Shown piece after piece: positions 26,028-37,597 of a DNA stretch of 64,000 nt. Source of the DNA: Neoconidiobolus thromboides FSU 785. Its lineage: Eukaryota > Fungi > Entomophthoromycota. The notes under the pieces were generated by a model that saw only the letters and a list, made by a program, of their open reading frames with translations, did no database searches and was not told where the DNA came from. Within the stretch, counting starts at the first letter, position 1, and each line of letters begins with the position of its first letter. The stretch lies in the NCBI GenBank assembly GCA_025603075.1, contig MU626259.1, positions 248,001 to 312,000 on the forward strand, given 5' to 3'. A program made the position numbers and the translations under genes.

Positions 26028-26669
26028 TTAATTTTGTTTAACACAATAGCACTTAGGGCAAACATTAGGGGTGTTTTTTATATCCGAATTATAACGTTTA
26101 TAATTCGATTTCTTACCAACCAAAACTTTAACATTCTCTTTATTTAAAGTCCAAACACGTTTATTAGCATAGCCTGAGATAACTAACCAAGCCAAATAAG
26201 GGACCATTAAATAACCAGCATATTGATTAATTCTATAAAACTTAGATGTGGTAATGATGGCAGTAATCAAATTGACAGTAATAATATATAAAGAGACCTT
26301 ATAATTTCTATAACGAAAGAAGAGGGCTGGCCAGCAAAGATTGAATAATAATTGAATAGAATAGAAAGCTAAAGCACTGGCTACTTTGATATTTTTCATC
26401 ATATAAGATTGAAAAATTAAATAGGAAGCTAATCCCATACAAAGATAAAGGACAGTCCAAATGGGCTTGAATAATATTTTTGGTGGTAAAAAGCTAGGCT
26501 TAATAGTTAAATTATTAAAGATTCCCTTGAAATTACGTACATGAGAACCAGCCAATCGCCCCAATAAAGTTGGTGTAGCTAAGGCAATAGCTAAAGAGAG
26601 GAAACTGCCTGTAGTTAAATCACAGATAGTCAAGACATTTGATGAGTTGTTTTGTTCACTTGGGTTCAT
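26028..26669 (-). CDS. TSPO: TspO/MBR family translocator protein, paralog 1
   Basis: KPSFLPPKILFKPIWTVLYLCMGLASY, YSIQLLFNLCWPALFF, LMVPYLAWL; five hydrophobic helices. Confidence 0.88.
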   Translation of the reverse strand: MNPSEQNNSSNVLTICDLTTGSFLSLAIALATPTLLGRLAGSHVRNFKGIFNNLTIKPSFLPPKILFKPIWTVLYLCMGLASYLIFQSYMMKNIKVASALAFYSIQLLFNLCWPALFFRYRNYKVSLYIITVNLITAIITTSKFYRINQYAGYLMVPYLAWLVISGYANKRVWTLNKENVKVLVGKKSNYKRYNSDIKNTPNVCPKCYCVKQN

Positions 26670-27879
26670 TTTTATTTTTTTGTTTTATCAATTATCCTCT
26701 GTCTTAGGGTATTTATACTTATTTAATTTGCTTTTATTCATTCTTTATGTTAGCGTTAATATCAATAAGAGTTTGGGGATGAAATTAAGGGGTATTATAA
26801 TAGAATAATAAAACGATAACGAATAGTAAAAAGCTTTATTATAAGAATGTTACTCATAATTGACATTTTACATCATTTACAATGTTAATTTGAGGGTGGT
26901 AAGTTAAATTTTAGGTTAAGTGACAATTAACCAAATATAGTTAAGTTTTATTAAAAGTTGTTAAAGTTACAATATTGATTTGAACAGTTAAAACTTAGTT
27001 GGCAGGAAATTGAAATTATAAGGGATTAAGATTATTGTTATGGGGTAAATTAAACTTTGTATTTTATAAATCACAAAATAAGTTTATGCTCTTTATGGGG
27101 TTATTAGCCTTTCCCAGTTCTATTTGGCAGACAAACCCTTAATATATTGTTTAATTTGTTTCTTTTAGTTTAATTAAGCTGTTTTATCTTTCCTTAATCA
27201 CTTTTTAATAATGTTATACTAAACTTGATTACATGGATAAATCCAAAATCCCATTTACCTTACAACATAGTTGAAAGTGAATCTTAGGATATAACGCATT
27301 TGAAAGTAGTAATATTATTATTTTAAATGAATTAAATTGTAAAAAATTAATTTATTTACAAACAATAACTATAACTCAACTTAACTGTTCATAATAAGAA
27401 TTGATGAAATCCTTGTTCTCTCTTTAAGTACTATAATCTTGCGGTTATGTTATTAAAATAATATTATATCTCCTTTTTAATCAATCTTTTTCAATCAGCT
27501 ATAGATAAGATAATCGAAAGAATAATTATTTCCTAAGCCACTATAATCTTATGATTTTATATTAAAAAGTACACTATCCCCTTTATAGTGACCTTTTTTA
27601 CATTTATAAATAATATTCTATCCTTTTTATAATACCCTTTTTCATAGTGCCTTTTAATCTTTGACCTTAATAAATAATAAGTATAATTACAATTATAATA
27701 TTTACAAAAGGTATTTATAACTTGATAACTAAGCCTTCTGTCGATATAGTTTGTCTACAAGCATTATATTGATATAAATGATCTATAAGTGTTTTCTATC
27801 TGGACGATTAAAATAAACAAACACTGTAAAAATAAAAGTATGTAATATAAAAAAGATTTTAAAATAATTTAAATTTTAT

Positions 27880-28509
27880 TTAATTTTCCTTTTGTTTCAT
27901 ACAATTCTCACACAAATTATTAGCTTGGATATCGAGCGGATTACTAACGATAAACTTATTATAGCCTGAATTATTGATAGCTCTTAATTTCTTATTATCT
28001 TCATTTAATCTCCAAATACGCTTATTAACATAACCAGAGAAAGCTAACCAAGCGATATAAGGGGTTAAGAGTACTGCTGCAAATGAATTGATGTAATAAA
28101 ACTTATAAGCCGTGGTAATAGCAGCAAATAAATTTAATGTAATGACATAAAGCGATACCTTATAATTTCTATAGCGGAAGAAAAGCGCTGGCCAACATAA
28201 ATTTAATAATAATTGAGTGGCATAATAAGCTAAGGCACTAACAGTAAACCCAGCTAATTTAGAGTCTGTTTGATAAACGAGATAAGAGGAGAGACCCATG
28301 GTAAGGTAAAATACAGTCCATATAGGACGAAATAGCCAATTTGGTGGGATAAAGGAGGGCTTAACAGTGTAATTATGGTAGACATCTTTAAATAATCTTA
28401 CATGCCAACCAGCTAATCGACCAAGTAAAGTAGGTGTAGCTAAACATACAGCTAAAGATAAAAAGGAATCAGTAGTGAAATTGCAAACAGAAAATTGAGT
28501 AGTCGACAT
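27880..28509 (-). CDS. TSPO: TspO/MBR family translocator protein, paralog 2
   Basis: KPSFIPPNWLFRPIWTVFYLTMGLSSY, YATQLLLNLCWPALFF, LLTPYIAWLAF. Confidence 0.9.
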   Translation of the reverse strand: MSTTQFSVCNFTTDSFLSLAVCLATPTLLGRLAGWHVRLFKDVYHNYTVKPSFIPPNWLFRPIWTVFYLTMGLSSYLVYQTDSKLAGFTVSALAYYATQLLLNLCWPALFFRYRNYKVSLYVITLNLFAAITTAYKFYYINSFAAVLLTPYIAWLAFSGYVNKRIWRLNEDNKKLRAINNSGYNKFIVSNPLDIQANNLCENCMKQKEN

Positions 28510-29261
28510 TTTTAATTACAATAAGTTTGTAGATTCAACAACTTTTACTTGGACTTTTATATTAATTCATTTGTTTTTATGATTAATTTAACTCCTGAGG
28601 ATTTAAGGAGTATTAGAATGTCATTTTATGGGGGGTTTAAGGAACGTTATTTAAAAATTGCTTTTTATTATGCCTTTTTTAACTATTGAATTAGATGGGT
28701 AGTAAAAAAAATCAGGTTTGATTTCAGTTCGCTATTTCTCGTTTATGAAATTTTTTACAAAATTTTATCTATTCGGTTAACTATTTTTATTTATAATTAA
28801 CTTGGTTTAAACTATGATAAATAAAAGTTTTACTATTGCCATTTGACTAATACCGCTACTCCTTTTATTTTATTAAGCTTCTCATATTATTGTACTCTTC
28901 TGTCTATTTCTTTAATTTTTAATTTTTAATTTTTAATTTTTACTCCTTTTATGATTTTAAAACTGAGTTTAAATTTAAACTATAAATTGTAAAGATAATT
29001 TCTAGTAAGATGTGAGAATTACAACTTATAGCAAATCACAAAAGGATAATTAAAAATAATCTAAAAAAGTAAGAAATATTTGTTACAAAAATTACTATAA
29101 AATAATGCAGTACAATATAACTGTATAAGTGTACAAACAATAACTTAAAAATATAGCGTAATTAATACTTAATAAATAAAATAATAAATAAAGCAATATA
29201 TGAATCCGCGCCTATTTTATTATCAAAAAAACAGGAATAATAAAAGTCAATACAAATATAC

Positions 29262-29912
29262 TTATTCAGTTTTAGCAGTGATGCAGTTGCTACACAAATT
29301 TTGTTGTTCACCTTCAGATTTTTTAGCTTGAAGGAAAGCTTGTAAACCAGTCTTATTAATAGCAACTAACTTTTGATTACTTTCATTTAATCTCCAAATA
29401 CGCTTATTAATATAACCAGAAATGACTAACCAACCTAAATAAGGAGTAAGAAGATAACCAGCGAGTTGATTAATAGCATAAAATTTGGAAGCAGTGACAG
29501 CAGCAAAGGCTAAATTAGCAGTGATAATATAAAGGGAAACTTTATAATTACGATAACGGAAAAAAAGTGCTGGCCAACACAAATTAAAAGATAATTGAAG
29601 GATATAATAAGTCAGAGCAGAAGTTATTGGTACTTTAAATTCTCTTCCAGTTTCATAAACTAAGAAAGAAGCATAGCCCATAGCTACATAAAGTAAAATC
29701 CAAATTGGTTTAAAAGCTGATCTTGGTGGGATAAAACTTGGTTTGGCAACAAAGGAATGATAAATATCTTTAAATAAACGTACATGGGAGCCGGATAACA
29801 TACCTAATACTGTTGGTACAGTAATAGCCATAAGTAAAGAAGCAACATATTCTATAGATAAGTTGCAGAATGATTGTACAGGTAAAGAGTTGGTAGCAAC
29901 TTGAGCAGACAT
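29262..29912 (-). CDS. TSPO: TspO/MBR family translocator protein, paralog 3
   Basis: KPSFIPPRSAFKPIWILLYVAMGYASF, YILQLSFNLCWPALFF, LLTPYLGWL. Confidence 0.88.
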   Translation of the reverse strand: MSAQVATNSLPVQSFCNLSIEYVASLLMAITVPTVLGMLSGSHVRLFKDIYHSFVAKPSFIPPRSAFKPIWILLYVAMGYASFLVYETGREFKVPITSALTYYILQLSFNLCWPALFFRYRNYKVSLYIITANLAFAAVTASKFYAINQLAGYLLTPYLGWLVISGYINKRIWRLNESNQKLVAINKTGLQAFLQAKKSEGEQQNLCSNCITAKTE

Positions 29913-32084
29913 TTTTTTAATTTAAAATCAAAATTGAATGAATTTTATATTAAAAAAAGGTCTGATTTAGCGTTTATATACCTCGTAATTTGTCAACTTA
30001 AACTTAAAGTTGTAACATGTAAAAAAATAACGTTGATTTAAGATATTGTTAGGAGTAAGGATTATCATTAAGGGGGGTTGGGTAGTATTTTCTATTTTAT
30101 TAATGTTGAACTTTTTTCAATTCATTTTATCAAATGAAATCCATTCTAAGTGTTAATTTACTTTCCCTTTTTTAATAAAAAATTGTAACTAAGTGGGGTG
30201 GACAGTGTAAATTTATTCAACTGTTAAAAAAGCGCTAGTTCTAGATAATTATAGTAAGGGTACAAGATCATCAAATAGATACCGTTTTTATTATTATTAA
30301 CTTGTAGTTAAACACGCAACTTTATTAACCGATTACTATGTTTCTTAATCGTTTTATTAACTAATAAAAATATAAAAGGGAACTTAAACTATGTTTCAAA
30401 ATTAAGCATTTTAAAACAATTAATAATCCTAACAGTGTGATTACAAAGTATGGAAATTTTGGAGTTAATAAAAATTGTAAAATTAACAACTGAAAGAAAG
30501 TTTGTTTTAATTTTATTCATTAAAAGTCATCACGATTTATTTAAACACAGTTGTTTAATTTTACTATAATTGTTTAAGTAAAAGGGGTTAGTTATGCCCA
30601 CTTAATGCTGGTTTTTGCTATCTTTAATGATCTCCACTTTATTTATTTTAATCTTATGCGCCCTATATAATTTTTGTATAATTAAACTATTTGTACAGTC
30701 TTAAATGGAAAGATGATTTTATAATATATCGCTATTAAAGCTTAATTTTCCATCTTTAATGTGATAATATAGCCTTTGACTGTAGTTTGAGTCAATATAT
30801 ATTATAATAATAGTTTAATATTTATTTGAGTATTGATTATGTCTATAAAACTTACTAAAATTTATATTCATTTAATAGTCAATAAATAGCAAAGTAATTC
30901 TGAAATTTACTTAAATCGTCTGTGTGCAAAGTTGGGTAAATATCAAAATGCAAAATTTGTGCATTTTTCAGTCAATTTTATAAACCTTATAAAAAATATA
31001 GTTGAAAATGCTACTAGTTTAATATAAAGATAAATACATATAAGATTGTTTAAAGTGGCGGAGGTTTCTACTATGATAGTAGAAGCGAAAGGGGGTTGAG
31101 CTTATTCATAAGCTCTCATTTATATAGATTTTTACCCCATATATATATATAATCAATGCTTTATATAGATATTAGGCTTTTCAGCATAGAATTATAATCA
31201 GATATATGTTATGGAAGGCTATGTGGATAAAATACCATACAAAATAATCCCATGGATAAGAATATAGCCTTACAACACATATTTAATCTGGTTCTATTAC
31301 CTCTTATTTAATAAGTTAAAACTTAATGAATTAGGGTCTTAAAAACGTTACTTGGGTAATTATTTTTTATAATTTTATTTAAATTCTTTATGATACTATT
31401 TATATGAACACTATTTATTCTTGTAAAGTAAAGAATGATTCTTGTTTAATAATATTTACAATTTATTTATCTAGTATTATAGATTGATTAATTTTCATAA
31501 CAAAATGAAACGATACAAGTGATATTTATAATAAAGATCTATCTATTTATAAGTTTTATTATTTTCAAATATCTAAACTTTAAAAAAGTTGTAATATTAA
31601 TAGCATTGCTAGTTCATTGTTTTTTATGTTCTTATATAAAATCGATTTTAAATATTATATTTTATTATCGAAATAATCATAATATAAGTCAAAACATCAA
31701 CACACATTAACTTAGAATAATAAACATACATTAAATATCGTCATAAATAAATGTAAAAAAACTCTTTTGTATCGCTTAAAATATAATAGTAATAAAAATG
31801 AAAGGGATAAGTTAAAAAAACTGCTGCTTTTTAAGGATCAATCCTTAAATTTAGGTTAATTAGTTATTTAATTAAATAGTCACCTTGCCACCATGACTAT
31901 TTATAAATACAGAGAGCTTATTAAGGCTATAATACCACAAAATGCAAATATTTTTAAGAAACTTCTAGATATTGCTAATTTTATGTTTAAGGGGAGACAA
32001 ACTGAGTTCAAAAAAATTATAAGGGATAAAAGTAAGCAATAAAAAAGTCAATGAAATTTAAGATAATCTTTTTTATAAAAGATA

Positions 32085-32818
32085 ATGGCTGAAAAAACTA
32101 AAAGTTGGGAATTTTCTGATGGTAAATCATAATCAATTAGATAGAGTAACAAAAATATAACAATTGTTATAGGCCCAGGATATAAATGGAGACAAACATT
32201 AAAAGAAGTTGAGGTCGTCATACCATTAGAAAAAGGAAAGAGAGCAAGGGACTTAAATGTACAAATAAAGTTAAAGGGTATTAAAATTAGTTATAAACAA
32301 GGAGATCAAGTATTAGTAGAGGTAACTATAATACAAAGCAGATAAACAATTATTTAAACAAATAGGGTGAATTATTTAATAAATTAAATATGGAGGAAAG
32401 TACGTGGAGTATAGAAGATTCTGATTTAGTGTTATCTTTAGAAAAATTTAACCCTATTGAGTGGTGGGAATCAGTTATAATTGGACACCCTAAAATTGAT
32501 GTAAGTAAAATTGAACCAGAAAATTCAAAACTTGCGGATTTGGATGGTGAAACTAGAGGCTTGGTTGAAAAGATGATGATGGAAAACAGACAAAGAGAAC
32601 AAGCTGAAAGCAATTCGGACGCTAAAAAGAAGATGGAGATCTTCAAAAAATTCAAGAAAGAGGTAATTCACCTTTTCGTATTTTTGACCTTTTTATCTAA
32701 CTTATATAATTTCATTTTATTTAGCATCCCGAAATGGATGTAAGTTTTATTTATACTTTTAGTTCTTCATTTATTTATCTATTTTTAGTTCTCTAAAGTC
32801 GATATGTCCAAAGTTTAG
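32085..32818 (+). CDS. nudC: NudC (CS/p23 domain) nuclear distribution co-chaperone, 5 exons
   Basis: Spliced GPGYKWRQTLKEVEV...EESTWSIED...WWESVIIGHPKIDVSKIEPENSKLADLDGETRGLVEKMM...FKKE|HPEMD|FSKVDMSKV*. Contains a 15-nt micro-exon at 32725-32739. Confidence 0.92.
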
Positions 32819-33051
32819 TTAACTTTCTCTAGCATAACTAGCAATTTTATGAATAAATGCCTTTTAAATTTAAAATAACATAATTCTCTACCTTTGAGCA
32901 AAGCATATTAAATTTATTGACATTCTAAATATCTTTTATTCAAAAAGACCTTTGATAAGAATTAATTTTGTAAAAATCGTTATAAAATTGTTAAAAAGAA
33001 AAAAGAAACATGTAAATTGCTTAACCATTCTGATAAATTTATAACTAAAGT

Positions 33052-33455
33052 TTAATCTCTTCCTTGATAAAATTTGTCCAAAAAGGTTTGAGGAGGGGCA
33101 GGACTTTCTTCTTTCATGAAGTAAAATAAAAGTTGATCCACTTGTTTCCATAAATTCATAGTTTCTTCATATTCACTTTGACCCTTAAATAAAAGGATAT
33201 CAATTGCTCTTAAATCTTTGACATAACGATTTTTTTCATATTCTTCACGCACTTTTTGTTTGATTATGCTCGATGGGAAATCTAATGTATATAATTGTAC
33301 TATCTCTGGTGCCTATTTTTAATTATTAATTTTAGCATAGTTTAAAGATTTAATGATTTTACTGAACGTAACCATTGACGATATTGTGAAAAGACACGCT
33401 TACGTGCTAACGAAAGTGAGCCTGAAGTAGTTGTTTTAACAGCAAGTGATGACAT
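33052..33455 (-). CDS. NDUFA6: Complex I subunit NDUFA6/B14 (LYR family), 2 exons
   Basis: MSSLAVKTTTSGSLSLARKRVFSQYRQWLRS|APEIVQLYTLD...IKQKVREEYEKNRYVKDLRAIDILLFKGQSEYEETMNLWKQ...FLDKFYQGRD. Confidence 0.92.
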
Positions 33456-33678
33456 CTATATGAGTAGAGAATATTTAGACTTCAGTTCATATATTATGTT
33501 ATAAAATTTAATTAATATTGTAGCTAAAATTACCTTATAAACCTAAAAAACTGATTCTGAGCTTTGAATGACTACAATTTTTAGTAAGAACTGTAACTAA
33601 AAATCCCATAAGTTTCACCTAAAATAAGTAAGCAATCAAACACTAAAACAAACAGTTTAATTTTTTTAGAAAGAAAAA

Positions 33679-34074
33679 ATGACCATTAAAAGTATACTAA
33701 GAGGAGTAAGATATGCAAGCACAAAAACTGAAGCAGTGAAACTGCCACATAGAGCACCCCAAAACTTTCAACAAACAGTAGTATTGACAAATGGAGCCAC
33801 ATTTAAACTTCGTACAACTTCACCAAAAGGAATATTGATATTGACAAAAGACACTAGAAATCATAGATTATGGAACCCACATTTAACTACCGAAGCTGAT
33901 TTAGATTCTAACACATTGGCTAAATTCTCAAAGAAGTTCTCAGGATTAGAAGACTTCGGTTTAGAAGAAGATGGTGACTCTATTTTCGAAACAATGACAG
34001 AAGCTTCCGAAAAATTAGAAGTTACTTCTAAGGATCTTAGCTTTTTATCTACCAAAAAGAGTGGCAAAAAATAG
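33679..34074 (+). CDS. MRPL36: Mitochondrial ribosomal protein bL31m (yeast MrpL36-like)
   Basis: Presequence-like N-terminus, QTVVLTNGATF-x-x-RTTSP, L-T-K-D-T-R-N-H-x-LWNP. Confidence 0.88.
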   Translation: MTIKSILRGVRYASTKTEAVKLPHRAPQNFQQTVVLTNGATFKLRTTSPKGILILTKDTRNHRLWNPHLTTEADLDSNTLAKFSKKFSGLEDFGLEEDGDSIFETMTEASEKLEVTSKDLSFLSTKKSGKK

Positions 34075-34426
34075 AGTTCGGGTTAATTTTAAGTGATATA
34101 TAAATAAAAGGAGTAATGAATTAATTACAGACAAATTTAATTTATTAATAAATAGTAGACCTTATATGATACAATAGGTAAATAATTGTAAAACTTTCTG
34201 ATTTATTCTTTTTTTTGAATTATGTATTGTGAATTTGAAATCAAGATAATAAGAATTTGATATCTTTAAATATAAAAGCTTATTTTTATTTAAATGTATT
34301 TCCATAAAATAGAGCCTATGTTAGCTGTATATAATAAATGTCATTTTTAAAGTCACATAGTTTTATGGCAACTGTTTTAGCTTAATACCACTCTTGTAAA
34401 ACAACAAACTTGATAAGTGCTCTTTA

Positions 34427-34693
34427 CTATCCACTATCAGCACATGTATCCCTACAAGTAGCATATTTATCAGGCTCGACACCACACACGAGTCCTTCTA
34501 GAAAGAAGCTGTTCTTACAGCAGCACTTGATAGTACAATAGGACATGTTTAACTCTTGGCAACCCTTACCTTCAGTAACACAAACTGTTCTTTTTTGTAG
34601 ATAATATTTATCATGGAAGTAAGGAAGTAAAATAAATGAAATAGGAAAGATTAAAAGAAGTAATAAAAATAGTTTCCTAGTTTTGAATGACAT
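34427..34693 (-). CDS. Small secreted cysteine-rich prepropeptide
   Basis: MSFKTRK + hydrophobic stretch, dibasic QKR site, then a 53-aa region with 9 Cys (C-x6-C-x7-C-x3-CCC-x10-C-x9-C-x3-C). Confidence 0.6.
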   Translation of the reverse strand: MSFKTRKLFLLLLLIFPISFILLPYFHDKYYLQKRTVCVTEGKGCQELNMSYCTIKCCCKNSFFLEGLVCGVEPDKYATCRDTCADSG

Positions 34694-36277
34694 AGTGGAC
34701 AATTTTGGTATTTTCAAAATTAACAAAGTTGTAGAAAAACAATAAGACTTTCTTGTATATAGTAAAGATTTTATTGTTAAAATTGGAAAACAAAAACAAA
34801 GTTACTGGTTACAAGGAAAAAACAGGTCTTTGGTCAATCACATAGTGGCTAAAAGACAATAGTTTTGCATTCTAATTTAGAAAATAGAACATTAAGTATT
34901 ATTAAGTTGGCTCTATAAAAATACATTGTTTTATTATTTTAACTATATTTATAAATTAGGCAAACTATTGTATTTTCAATACCAACCTTAATTCTTACCG
35001 AAGTTTTATTTAGTGTGCCTTAGAATATACAGATGTACTAATGGGCCAGATGCTTTATAAGTTATTTAGTTATTTTAGATTAAAACGATGTTAGTACTTT
35101 TTTAAAGTAGAAAAGGTGTATTAGGCGGTTTTTGTACAAATTTATCCCTATTTTTGATCAAAATGAACATTAATTTTTGACAGTATCCAATATAATTTGA
35201 TTCGCATATTCAATTAGCTCTATTTATCACTGTGATTGCCTATAAAAATTTGACTCTTTCTCTATGAGCATTATATTGAGGTACTTTGAGAAGTAGACCT
35301 TACAAAAAAGTATTAGATGGTAAGTATTGACATCTCCCATTTATTAAAAAGACAAGCGCTCTCGTTAGATTCATAAGTTATTTTATAATATCTATTTTTA
35401 TAATATCATTTAATAATTATTTTAAATAAGATATCAATTGTTTTTGTTGGATAATTACTCAATTCGATTATAGCAATTTCCTCAGCTCTTGTAGCAACTG
35501 TTACATAGTGATAAGGGTGTATCTTTTTCCGATACATGTTATTTTATTTTAAAGTCTGTGTTATTTATAAATAGTCTGATATTTCAAATTTTACAAAACA
35601 TAATGAACTGAAACTATAAAAATAAATTAAAAATAGCTCCTTTAAACTCCTTTTTTAAAATAAACATTTGGCATAATATTTATTGAGCTATTTTAATAAT
35701 GAACAGTTGTTCAAAGTGTGAAATAAGAATAAGTTGATCAAATAATATAAATAGATTCCACGTATACAATATGAAACAATTTTTATTGATATAAACAACA
35801 CTATCTAAAATTTATTTTTAACACTCAACTATAATTGAATATTAAAAATCTAGAATCAAGCAAATAAACATTAAAGTAAAAACTTTAGAATTGAAGGGAT
35901 GGGGGTTTAAAACAAAAGCAACCATTATAACTTAAAGCAACTTTCAAATCCCCTCACTCTTAATCATGTACATTATGATTTTCTTTTGACTTTCTGAAAT
36001 TACCTAATTTTCAAAATATTATTTTATTATCAAAGCTAATAATAAATCATAAACTACTTCAATTAATATTTTATTAATAAAAATAACTTCATTTCTCTTG
36101 TGATATTCTCAATCAAAAACACTATAATAAAAAAACAACACTCTAAATACAAAATTCCAAAATTTAATTAAATGTTCAAAGACATTAAAAGCATTATTAT
36201 TATTTAAAAAAATTAATTTACTCACACCTTAAAGTATGTATATATATCCAATATCTCAATTCTAAAAAAGCAACCGT

Positions 36278-37597
36278 TTAAACTTCCACTTGAAAATAAA
36301 ATCGTAACAAGTCTGCTCCAATTTTAAAGTTTGACAAACTTCGATCTGAAACTGTTGGTGCAAACTCGAGCGAAAGTGTATAGAAAGTTGTAAAATGATC
36401 GTGTATAAACCCATCCTTAGATGTAGACGCTGCTACCGCACACATACAATACACCATAAACTTCAAACTGTTATCATTCTCTATATTTTCCAGTTGACTT
36501 AACAATGTTTCAAAAGGTATTATAGGTAGGGCTGGATGAACGTTGGAATAATATAATGAAATAAGGTAAGTTTCTTTTTCTGTCAAATGAGAAATTGGAA
36601 TAGATTCTAAACCTTCATTTAAATCCATTTGAAATAAAGCTTCACTCTGACCATTCATATTAGAATATTCACTATCACTTTTAATTGCTAAGCTTTGGTT
36701 TGAATCAATATTAGCATTACTTGTTAAATTTTTTGATAAGCCTTGATTTATTGACATATCATTGCTTAAGGACATATTAAATAGGTCTTGACTTACTCCT
36801 CCATCATTACTAGATATAGTTCCATTAAATAACCCTTGATTCGTTACCTCATTGTTATTATTATTAAAATAAAATAAATCATGTATCCCACTTTTATAGC
36901 TACTACTTAAGTCTTGGGCTGAGGCATTAATAGGTTGATATATTTCTTGACTTAAAGGTTGAACTTGAGAGACATATTCACTTTGATGAAAATGAGTTCT
37001 GATTGTATCTTGATTTGATTCTACCCAATTATACATCACATTGTTTTCAGGGGATATAATTTGATTTAAATCAAAGGGGTCTGGGTTATAAAATAATGAA
37101 TCTGAGGGCATAAAGGTAGGTGAGTTATCGTGACTTAAACTATGTACAAAGGAACTTGGGGTACTTAAATTCATGTCCTGAAATCTTAAATTTAAACTAG
37201 AGTTTGAAGAGTTGCTGAATCCCATCCCATAATCAAACATGGATACATTACTTGGTGAAAAATTTTCACCATTTATATTAAACATGATATCGTCTTGATT
37301 GCCTTGATTCTCTGCTAATGATACCTTTATAGGTATAGGTATAGATTTGCTGTTCATAAATTCTGGTGATATGTCATTTTCTCTAGGATCCAACTCTGCA
37401 TTCGTTGCTTTAGGCTTCGGCCCTCTTTTTTTAACTGGATCATTATAGGTACATACTTTATTCCTTCTATCACAAGTAGAACATTGGGGCTTACCAAAAT
37501 TACAACGAATTTTTCTTTGACGACATTGATCGCATGATCTACCATTGCTAGCATTAGCATCTTCGGGTTTTAGTAGACTTGGTCCATTAGACAACAT
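36278..37597 (-). CDS. Zn(II)2Cys6 transcription factor
   Basis: SCDQCRQRKIRCNFGKPQCSTCDRRNKVCTY + KKRGPK. The C-terminal LYYSNVHPALPII...YCMCAVAA resembles the start of the fungal TF middle homology region. Confidence 0.93.
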   Translation of the reverse strand: MLSNGPSLLKPEDANASNGRSCDQCRQRKIRCNFGKPQCSTCDRRNKVCTYNDPVKKRGPKPKATNAELDPRENDISPEFMNSKSIPIPIKVSLAENQGNQDDIMFNINGENFSPSNVSMFDYGMGFSNSSNSSLNLRFQDMNLSTPSSFVHSLSHDNSPTFMPSDSLFYNPDPFDLNQIISPENNVMYNWVESNQDTIRTHFHQSEYVSQVQPLSQEIYQPINASAQDLSSSYKSGIHDLFYFNNNNNEVTNQGLFNGTISSNDGGVSQDLFNMSLSNDMSINQGLSKNLTSNANIDSNQSLAIKSDSEYSNMNGQSEALFQMDLNEGLESIPISHLTEKETYLISLYYSNVHPALPIIPFETLLSQLENIENDNSLKFMVYCMCAVAASTSKDGFIHDHFTTFYTLSLEFAPTVSDRSLSNFKIGADLLRFYFQVEV

